This document shows, piece after piece, positions 13,860-23,673 of a DNA stretch of 43,108 nucleotides (positions are counted from its first letter, which is position 1; each line of letters begins with the position of its first letter). Origin of the DNA: Blastocystis sp. subtype 4 (Eukaryota); assembly GCF_000743755.1 (NCBI RefSeq), contig NW_014569376.1, positions 1-43,108 on the forward strand. Direction: 5' to 3'. The notes under the pieces are model-generated. The model had not been told where the DNA came from, made no database searches, and worked only from the letters and a program-made list of their open reading frames with translations. The translations under genes were made by a program, and so were the position numbers.

Positions 13860-15165
13860 AGTTGGATCGAAATTCTGCCTATTTATTTGTAGTGAGTAAT
13901 CCTGCTCCTGGTAATGCTCCAGACATGCCACCACAGATTGTTGTAAGTGTTTGATGTTCAAATGACTTGAAGGGATACACGATGTCTCAGGATCCTGTAG
14001 CACTCAAAGCCCCTACAGTTAGTATGGGAAGTGGGCAACCTAAAAGTGGATGATCCTTAGATTCTCAAGTGATTGAAACTCAGTCATGCGAGATGGAAAA
14101 TATGGATAACGATATTCTTCGTGCTTCATTGATGAATCTGGTTCAAGAGAAGAGCTGCTGGGGAAAGAAGGCTGCTACTGACATGGAAATTCGAGGAGTT
14201 GCTCCCGTTAATTCTTTCCATTGTCGTTGGGAGACTTACATGGAGAAGCGAACTACTTCGTGGGAGCAGCGTCCGTTTGATAACCGTGCAGTACTAATGT
14301 GATCTGGTATTAATTCAAAGGTGGATTCTCCTGATATGGGTCGTGCTCCTCTTCCTTGGGAAGTTCCTGTTACGGCTCCCAATATGTTTGCGGAGCGTAA
14401 GATGAATGTTACTGTTCCTCATACCGAATACGTGATGGAGTGTAGAGATTGCTATGGTATCACTTTTATTTTTCCATAACAGATAGGAAGAGGTCGTATC
14501 CAGTGTACTAGTTGTCATGGACGTGGTCGTGAGAATTGCACTTCCTGTTCTGGTCGCGGGTACCGTCAAGTTGGAGAAACCGAAGAGAAATGTCCTTTTT
14601 GTAATGGAATGGGAACCAGAACATGCAATCACTGTAATGGTGATGGAATGACCAAGTGCAAGTCCTGTGCTGGTTCTGGAAGAATTGTGAAGTATGTCAA
14701 TGTAAGGAATGAGGGAAGTATTCAACCTAGTTGTGTGTGGAATTCGTCAATCATGTCCTGGATGAGGTCATAGATGTGAGTGGTCTTCCAGAAGAGCAAA
14801 TTATCAAGGCTACAGGTTTCACGATGTGCAAGTAGGAATTAGAGCTGCATATGATCCAAAGTCAATCTGGATATCATCTGCTTCCTCCTCAAGGACTTGC
14901 TTCACCTGAATTAGAGCAGGTCTGTAATCGTCTCTACGGTCTTGCTGAGAATGTTGGATTATGGAGGTGATGTGAGTTTTAGCTGATCAATGAGAATACG
15001 GAACGTCTTATTCAGCAACGTGTGACTGTTCGTATGGTTCCTGTGACGAAAGCTATTGGATTATACAAGGGAAAATCATTCGATTTCTGGGTGTATGGAA
15101 ATGATCGCAAGTGTTATGCTCCGAATTATCCTATGCAGTGTTGCTGTGGTTGTACAACCTATTAA
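13860..15165 (+). CDS. SSUH2: SSUH2-like protein A (DnaJ-type CxxCxGxG repeats, C-terminal CCCGCTTY)
   Basis: WETYMEKRTTSWEQRPF, PLPWEVPVTAPNMF, VPHTEYVMEC, multiple CxxCxGxG repeats, RLIQQRVTVRMVPV, FWVYGNDRKCYAPNYPMQCCCGCTTY*. This parallels the SSUH2 layout. Start is uncertain (13823 or split ATG at 13860). Confidence 0.85.
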
Positions 15166-15487
15166 TGTATCGATATGATTTTGTATTTGACAGTTACTCT
15201 TGATTCATTGCCTTAACAGAATCATGATTTTGTTTGTTATTAACAATTCGATATCTACATCAATATATTATTTCAGTTTATGTCGAAGGGATGAATGACT
15301 ACTACTAGATCGAACAGTACAGTAGAATGGTTTTCCCAACATTATTTGCTGATTTATCCTGCTGAAAACAAATGTATTGGATTAGATTCAGCTTCAAGGG
15401 TTGTTCCTTTCTGGTATTCCACATATGTTTAATAATCCTTAATAATCAAGAGGATGTTGGAAACGAATCCCTGATCCAACTCAAAAA

Positions 15488-16786
15488 ATGAATACTAATA
15501 ACGATAATCCCATTGTAACTGTGACAGACGCTTCGGAACCAACCGTACAATATCGATAGCTCTCTAATAATCAGCCTACCCTCAAAGGATCATCTATTCC
15601 TCCACCAATACAGTTGGTTGGATCCACCTCACTCCTCCATTCCACAAGTCAAGAATCACCTGTATCAACAACTATTACAAATGTTGATGCTCTTGGCTCT
15701 GCAGGTGCTAAGAGAGAACAAGAAACGGTCAGACTACCCAAAACTATCCTATCTACGCCCATTCGCAGTAAAGATCAGCTAGTTGCTCGAATCAAAGAGG
15801 AGCTTTCTCATAAGAAAGAACTGAAACAAGACATTGAAGGAATTGAATTTGGAAACGTGAGCCTTTGTTCTGTTGCTTAGTCTTAGATTGAATCAAAAAA
15901 TGCACTTGTGTTTACATTAGATTCTTGTACCGAAAAAAGAAATGCTGTTTGGTCATATCGTCTCTTTGAAGGAGAAGTATATGAAAAGGACATATCTGAC
16001 TGATAGTACGATCCTCCCCTCATGGGTCCTGCTCCCAAAATGGAAGAGATATCCATTATTCCAGCGGATTACTACCATTCATTCAAATTCTCGACTCCTA
16101 TTCCGCACACTGATTTTCTAGTTCGTTGTGACCACTGTAATGGTACGCATATCTTAATCAGTGAATTGAAGGACTTGGGCATGTTTCGTGTAAAAACTGT
16201 AAAGGAAACGGTTACACTGTTAAGCATCAAGACAACGGCAATAACGCATATACTACTTGTGGGGAATGCTCGGGTATCGGGGAACTGATTTGTTCCAGAT
16301 GTGAGTTAAAGGGAAGAATTGTAGTGTTTGTGGATGTATTTGAATTGTGAAATTAATGACTGTAGCTTCAAGTGGACTTTGTGAACTATCAGAAAAAGGC
16401 TACGATAGGTGGAGGTGGTTTATCAGCGAAAATCCTTATGAATTGTGAGAAACGCTTATTGTGGAGGTACACTTTTGGTTTGGTCTTCAGTGTAGCCAGG
16501 AAGCAGATCACTTACTACCTCCTACAGAGTTTCCAGATCAGTCTTATGTGACACCAATCAACAATATCTTTAAATATTCTGTACTAGTATTAGTTTATCT
16601 TGAGTGTAGTGTAAAAGAGATGAAACATTGCTGCGTCAACGCTTTTCCATCTTTGAAGTTCCTGTAGCAAGAGTATCTGCGGTGTTAGATGGAAATGAAT
16701 TCGGTATTTATGTCTATGGTGAGGATTCTAAAGTGTGTTTCCAGAACTATCCTGCCTCTACTCAAAAGAATTGTACAATATTCTAA
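15488..16786 (+). CDS. SSUH2-like protein B, divergent tandem paralog ending in CaaX-like CTIF
   Basis: LDSCTEKRNAVWSYRLF, PIPHTDFLVRCDHC, CKNCKGNG, CGECSGIG, VYGEDSKVCFQNYP...CTIF*. Colinear with the upstream gene. Confidence 0.75.
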
Positions 16787-16864
16787 TTGTATTGTGTTTG
16801 TTGATCCAGCAAGTGAATGAGAATACATTGCTTACTCATTCACTCACTGTGAAATCCATTTCAT

Positions 16865-19666
16865 ATGAAATTCTCCTATCGGTTTTCTAATTTGTGTGGA
16901 ACGGTTTACAAGTGCGGGAATGTGTGTTTCTCAGCAGATGGGAATATTCTCTATTCACCTGTTGGAAGTCGTATTTCGGTGTTTGATCTCGTGAACCACA
17001 CATCCTATACTCTTCCATTTGAAACACGTAAGAATATCAGTCGTCTCTGTGTTTCCAACAATGGTCGATATATGGTTGCAGTAGATGTGGATGGAAAAGC
17101 AATGTTTATCAATCTGAGGCGACGAATTGTTCTATATCGCTTTTCCTTTGATGGACCGATTCAAGACATTTGTTTTAGTCCTGATGATACTATGATTGCA
17201 GTGGCAATTGAACGTAAGTTCCAACTTTGGTACACACCAACTGAAGAGCGTCATTTCGCTCCTATGGAGAGATATTTTGAGATTGGTCATCATTTTGATA
17301 AAATCACATCGATTCGATGGAGTTTGGATGGTAAGTATTTGGTGACTGGTTGTGAGGATATGAATGTTCGTATCTTCTCTGTTCAGGTCTATGATGATTT
17401 TATTCCTATCACTCTGCCGGGTCATCGTAGTAGTGTTGTTGGAGCATATTTTGCTGCAGATGGGAAACACATCTATTCTGTGTGTAATGGTGGTGGAGTA
17501 TTGGAGTGGGAATGGAGTGAAGTGGATGATGAGACATGGGAACGGATGCAGAGGTTTATTGATAGGAAGAAGAATAAGAATGATGAAGATGAGAAGGAAA
17601 AGGAGAGTGAGAAGGATAATGAGAAGAGTGATAGTGAGAAGNTGATAGTAGCAATGAAAGTGATGATAATCCTGATACCAAGAATGATATCATTCCCACG
17701 AATGAGGATCTCACTCACAAGAACATCTATGCTCATGGCAAATGGAGCATTCACTCCAAGTTTACGATTGAAGAATCCTCTCAAGTTTCTTGTTGTGACT
17801 TCAATCCTTACTCCAATCTCCTCATCCTTGGTCTTGTCAATGGAGTCTTTGCTCTACATGAAATGCCTGATTTCACACGTATTCACTCTCTCTCAATCAG
17901 TCGGAATGATGTGAGTTCCTGTTCCATCAATCGATCTGGAGACTGGCTCGCTTTTGGTTGTGCTTCCCTAGGTCAGTTGTTGGTGTGGGAATGGCAATCA
18001 GAGACATATGTATTGAAGCAACAAGGTCATTACTACAACATCAATACACTGGAATTCTCACCTGATGGAAGTGTTGTAGCCACTGGAGGCGATGATGGAA
18101 AAGTGAAGTTGTGGTCGATTCAATCTGGATTCTGTTTTGTGACGTTTGCTGATCATACAGCAGCTGTAACAGATCTGTGTTATGTTCGAGGAGGTCATGC
18201 ATTACTGTCAGCATCATCCGATGGAACAATTCGTGCTTACGATCTGATTCGATACCGAAACTTCAGAACACTCACTACTCCTACTCCTGTTCAGTTTACC
18301 TGTGTTACATGTGATATGTGAGTCCATTTTCTCTCTTTCATGATTAGTTCGGGTGATCTCATCGCTGCAGGAGCTTCGTCTCCATTTGAGATTTACATCT
18401 GGTCGTTGCGAACAGGAAAGCTGTTAGATACACTCACGGGTCACGAAGGACCTATCTCGTGTCTTCGGTTCAATGCTCGTGGCACACAATTGGCCTCTGG
18501 ATCTTGGGATCATACGGTTCGGACATGGGACTTGTTGCGGAGTGGTTTGAAGGAGAGTTTGGTGCATCCTGCAGAGGTGGTATCGATTGATTGGCGTCGA
18601 GATACTGATGAGCTGATTGCCTCATGTCTGAATGGAAGTATCTTCATTTGGGACACTGAGAATGGTACGAATCTGTTTGAATGGTGATGTGTAGCTGTTG
18701 TGAAAGGGACGATTGATGGTCGTAGGGATCTGTGTGGAGGTCGTAGGAGTACTGATGACTTCACAGCGGCACATAACATGGAAGGAAAGTTCTTCCGAAG
18801 TGTGTGTTACAGTACAGATGGTGATTATGTTATTGGAGGAGGTCGATCGAAGTATATTTGTATCTATGAATTACGAGGTAAAACACTGGTGAGAAAGTAT
18901 GCTCTCACGCAGAATCGATCGTTAGAAGTAGTGATTATAATGAGGAGATGAGTAGTAGGGTGTATTGAGTCATTTGAATAGTAATCAAATGACAGAGATT
19001 GGATCAATGAATGAACTACCTGGTGAAGAGTATGACTAGAGAGTGGATGTAAGGATTAGTGAACATGATCAATACATGGTACCTGGAGCCTTGAAGGGAG
19101 ATGGAGCCAAGCGATCCTTACGAGAGGAGATTTATTGTACCACTGTGAAGTTCTCTCCATCTGGTGATATGTTTGCTGTGGCCTCAAGTCAGGGACTGGT
19201 GTTGTTCTCATTAGATCCTTCTCTTGCCTTTGATCCTTTCGACCTCCAGGAAGATGTTACTCCAGAGAGTATCCAGTATGCTCTGGCAGGTGAGGAATGG
19301 TCTCGTGCTCTGATCTATGCCTTACATCTTAACGAGGCAGCTTCTATTCGACAGGTGCTTCAAGCTGTTCCTTTCGATCAGATTCAAATCGTGTGTTCCG
19401 AAGTTCCACGACTCTTCCTAACACGATTACTTCAGGTTCTGTGTGAAGAAACCCAAAACACTCCCTATTTGGAGTATTATGTGTGTTGGATCACATGGCT
19501 GATGAAACTCCATGGACAGTATATGCGAGCGAATCCACGTCGATTCATGGCTGTATTGAGACTTGTTCAGAAGAGCGTTTTGGATCATTATCAGGCATGT
19601 CGGAAGGCGGCAGATAGCAATATTTATACTCTACGCTTCTTGAGTGAGACGATGGAGAAGGAATGA
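16865..19666 (+). CDS. PWP2: Periodic tryptophan protein 2 (UTP1), SSU processome WD40 protein
   Basis: MKFSYRFSNLCGTVYKCGN, GQLLVWEWQSETYVLKQQGH, RAYDLIRYRNFRT, FDPFDL. An apparent frameshift falls at the ambiguous base N17642. Confidence 0.95.
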
Positions 19667-19686
19667 TGTCATTTATTGATTTGATA

Positions 19687-19701
19687 TGTTTATTAAACAA
19701 G
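19687..19701. terminator. Near-palindromic TGTTTATTAAACAAG between convergent genes
   Basis: Lies between the PWP2 stop (+) and the ASDURF-like stop (-). An identical copy is at 36554-36568. Confidence 0.6.
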
Positions 19702-19717
19702 CAAGAGAGTAAAATGA

Positions 19718-20027
19718 CTATTGTTCTTGGCGCTTTTTCACATCATCAAGGCGTTGTTGATATACTGTGGTTCGCTCTACAATTTATGACTTATACTCAA
19801 CAAAATACTTTTGATCATCTCCTGAACATTCCTGCGATCTGACAAAAAGAACACATCGCCCTTCTTCTGGAAAACAGACTATTTCATAAATCAGATAAAA
19901 CTGAATACTCGTGATTCAGGTAATCCTTCCAATTCCGAAGACTGGACATTCAGAACATGAAACTACGAATCACTCCAATCAATGCAACAAGGACTCTTGT
20001 CTCATATGCATCGATTACAACATTCAT
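19718..20027 (-). CDS. Small prefoldin-beta-like protein (ASDURF-like), about 71 aa, 4 exons
   Basis: Three GT-AG introns (32, 30, 32 nt) give MNVVIDAYETRFHVLNVQSSELEGLPESRSVFQKKGDVFFLSDRRNVQEMIKKRTTVYQQRLDDVKKRQEQ*, a helix-hairpin-helix pattern. Confidence 0.75.
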
Positions 20028-20311
20028 TATGCAAAATATCGAAGCCAATCTTCAGTTAACAGCTTGTGACAAAGAGGGCGTTTCGACTGCCGAACTATCC
20101 AAGATGCCGCGAACTGGCTCCATAAAAAGACCCAATTCTCTTGCCCAAATAGATGTGTCGCAATAATAAGGACACTTTCACGGCATTATATCATTTGAGT
20201 CTTGCTGCGGAGTATCAAATTGACCATTATATGAGCGGTTTCTATCAATATGGGGATTGTTCATTTGAGATAGTCCCTCGGCGGAAGGGACTGTATGATT
20301 CAGGTTTTCGA

Positions 20312-21086
20312 ATGAACGAAACGTAATTATTGTATTCCGTGATAATCACTTAGTGCTTTTGTAAGTGCAGAAGTTGTTGTCGATGGTATTTCCTACACTA
20401 CAGAGGATAGTAGTTGTTTATATTTTGTATTCTTATTGTAGGTTCGTCGGGATCGGGATCGAAGCGAGTAGTTCGTCGTTGTTGTGACTGATAGCTAGGT
20501 TTCGTTTCGATCGTCCTCCAAATCTTCAGGACGGAAGTCAGATGAGACGTTATTGCAGTTACCAAAGAATCGAAGTGAAGATGATGATTGGTCCTCCCAG
20601 TTTGAAATAGAATTTGGAGAAAAAGGAAATCGGATTATGCCATTTATTACAGATGCCGACATTCTTCGTCATTACTCACGAGAGTTCAAAGATGCTGTCG
20701 GTCTTTTTGCAATGTGTGATATTAGATCAAAGATATCATGGTCTACAATACATATACAAAGATTCAATTGATTCAGAAAAAGGCAGAGAGTCATCGGCCT
20801 GAGATTCCTCCGCCGATGAAAGATGCCGTATTGAGTGAAGTCCATTCTCTTGAGATTCCTGCAGTCCCTCAGCCAATGGACTTTCCCATCCAACGGAAAC
20901 TCTCTCATGAGATAGCTCAACCTATTCGTGTGGGAACAACAGAATCTGTTGAAGGTGACAAACGAGTGAGTGAGAGGTGAAAAATGGATATAAATGATAG
21001 TGAAGACAACAGTAGTGATAGATACACATCCTCGTATCACGCGTTCAGCCCAAGCTACTGATGGTTCTCTCCATGCAGGATCTTGA
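20312..21086 (+). CDS. Hypothetical protein (~200 aa, multi-exon) with a KRVSF motif
   Basis: An open frame is obtained using five ~30-nt GT-AG introns, joining ORF fragments 20553-20771 and 20738-20980. No family recognised. Confidence 0.55.
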
Positions 21087-21166
21087 TCGTTTTTGTGAAG
21101 TAGAATTGATGTACATTATTTCTTTTTTGTTTATTGTTTATTAGAATCGAATACTAAGGTCAAAGA

Positions 21167-22189
21167 ATGTTTGTGAAACGAGCTTTTTCCAGTCTTGCGA
21201 TTGGAGTTGGTGGGATGAAGATGTTTTTTTCCAAGATTTACAACTTTAAAAGCAAGTATCCTGTTTTGTATAGCCATGTTCATCCAGACTATCAGAAATT
21301 GGTGGACAAGGACTGTGTAGACTCTGAAACAATTGTAAAGTGGATTTGTAACAAAGGACCGGATCATGTTTGGGAAAGTGATTTAGCTACACGTATTCGA
21401 TATTTCAAACGTCGGGGTGATTGTATCCAAGATTATTTATGCTCATTTCTAGTTGTTTGTCTATTCTGTTGTGGGAAGAAGGTTTCTGTAACAAATAGCC
21501 TAGCAACACGATGCCCTGAGTATGCAAAAGAGTGGCTATATGAGAAGAATGATGGGCTGAAGCCGAGTGATGTTACATGTCATTCGTGTAAGGAGGTATG
21601 GTGGCAGTGTCCAAACCACCATGAGCACCAGTACATAATGACACCAAATGATCGAACACTCTATCATCAGGGCTGTCCCTTCTGTAGTCAAGCGTTAGTT
21701 ACTAAAGAGCAGAGTCTGGCGCATCTTTTTCCTGATATTACATCCCAGTGGGATTACGAGAAGAATGGAAATCTAAAGCCTACTGATGTTCTTCCTTCAT
21801 ATACAGGGAAAGTGTGGTGGACATGTCCAACGGATCCCAGTCATCACTGGAAGTCCAGCGTCGTTTACCGGACCAAACATGGCCGAACTTGTCCCTTCTG
21901 TAAGAAGAAGGAGTTGATCGCAGATTCACTTGTTTCGTTAAACCCTGAATTAATGAAAGAATGGGATTTTGAAAAGAATCAAGGACTAAAACCTGACGAA
22001 ATCAGTTCTCTCAGTTCCAAAATGATCTGGTGGAAATGTGAACATGGAGTTGAATGGAAAGAGAGTGTTATTTACCGTAAGCAGGGAATCGAATCCGGTA
22101 TGATTCTTTGGGTTAATGTAAGAGTAGGTCGTCATCGATGTGAGAAGTGTCTAAAAAACCTTCAGGAAAAGAAAAGGCTTGTACAATAA
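21167..22189 (+). CDS. Repeated zinc-ribbon protein (DUF4379-like) with possible mitochondrion-related-organelle targeting peptide
   Basis: About four units of SL...PE.AKEW..EKN..LKP..V...S.K.VWW.C...H.W......R....CPFC. N-terminus MFVKRAFSSLAI. Confidence 0.8.
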   Translation: MFVKRAFSSLAIGVGGMKMFFSKIYNFKSKYPVLYSHVHPDYQKLVDKDCVDSETIVKWICNKGPDHVWESDLATRIRYFKRRGDCIQDYLCSFLVVCLFCCGKKVSVTNSLATRCPEYAKEWLYEKNDGLKPSDVTCHSCKEVWWQCPNHHEHQYIMTPNDRTLYHQGCPFCSQALVTKEQSLAHLFPDITSQWDYEKNGNLKPTDVLPSYTGKVWWTCPTDPSHHWKSSVVYRTKHGRTCPFCKKKELIADSLVSLNPELMKEWDFEKNQGLKPDEISSLSSKMIWWKCEHGVEWKESVIYRKQGIESGMILWVNVRVGRHRCEKCLKNLQEKKRLVQ

Positions 22190-22325
22190 TGTTTCTGAAA
22201 TGTTTGTTTGATAGGAAAGCGACAATAAGAAAGCCCGCGGATTGGGAGTTTCATTAATCATATTGGCGGGCTTGTCTTTGAGCTCACGTTTTCTTAAAAC
22301 AAGAGGATTACGGAGTTGTCTCGTG

Positions 22326-23566
22326 ATGAATCAAGAAGTGGTTATCAATGCTGAAGATGATAATCTTATTCGGGAGCCTATTAGCGCTTGTGTAGGGATG
22401 TGAATCAGGTCTCTCTAATCCTGTAGATTTCGGAGAGAAGAGATGCCTCTGAAGCAATGATAACAACCCCCATCCCCCAGACTAAGCGTTCCAGGATTCA
22501 AAATCCCTCTCCTACCAAGGTCTCAGACGACTTTAACTCAAAGTACTCTGGCTACCAATCCTTGGAAGGCTATTTGGATTTCCTCAAACGAACGGAACAA
22601 TTTTCTCTGGTTAAACCGTTCATAGACAAACAGTTGCACATTAATAAAGGAATGAGAGCGATCCTAGTAGACTGGATGTGCGAACTGTGCAATAACTACT
22701 CCCTTCACAGAGTAACATTTCATTTAGCTGTGCTTTTTCTTGATCGTTATATGATGATTGTGGATCTTGGATCTTGAAGTGAGGTATAGAACCACACAAT
22801 TCGAAGAAATGAGTTTCAGACAATAGGGGCTGTCTGTATTGTTATTGCAACAAAGCTTTGTGTTGGGAATGATGGGTTGAACTGAGTGATAGGAACCTGT
22901 TTCTGTGAACATGGATATGATTATTCAGGCAACGGGAAAGAGTTGTACCCGTGAGCAGTTAGTTACGATTGAGCATACTATCGTGAATGTGATTGTAGTA
23001 AAAGAGAGTGATATGTAGGAACTACAATGGCATCTCCTTTCTGGAACACTTGCTGATTGGACTCTGTATTTTGTGTGGCGGCTTCGTAGTGATGACCATC
23101 CGGTTCCATTTGACTTGTATTATCGCTGTATGGATTTGTGTGATCGCTTGCTTCTTGATGCTGATGTATGATCTTGCTTGTTTCATGATTGTAGTACTGC
23201 AAATACCGGCTACAGGAAATATCCCTTGCTGTTGTTTCAGCATTCTCCTGTGAGAATATGGAGTTGCGTATGAATGGAACAAGGAAATGATGGGTAGAAT
23301 CTTCTCTTACTAGTCTAGTTGCTGAGTTTTCGTTGAATTCAGACTGCGTGAAATGGGTATTGTCTATCGGTCTGGCTGCTCCTTCTCATCCTCTATTGTT
23401 GTTACTAGACGGCAAAGACGGAGAGAAAACTCGGAATATGATTCAAAATAAGGTAATTAATACAGTTTGATCTTAATCATAGCATGATATGTTCATGGAG
23501 TTCAATTATGTTCAGCCCTACAACCAATTCTCTCTAACTCACTATTCTTCAACCGCCTCCAAATAG
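22326..23566 (+). CDS. Cyclin (A/B-like cyclin box)
   Basis: GMRAILVDWMCELCNNYSLHRVTFHLAVLFLDRYM and FQTIGAVCIVIATK. Multi-exon, followed by TGTTTGTT at 23600. Confidence 0.88.
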
Positions 23567-23673
23567 TGTTAAACTGCTTTTATGTACTATATACGTTGAT
23601 GTTTGTTATTCATTTCTTGGTGGCAACTATCTTGTTGAGATATTCTATATAAATTGCCTTCAGCTCAACAGAT

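Noticed and set aside
17636..17650. PWP2 frameshift suggesting a pseudogene or recoding
   Set aside because: It coincides with an N in a GAGAAGAGTGAT-like repeat, so it is an assembly gap. Both sides are well conserved.
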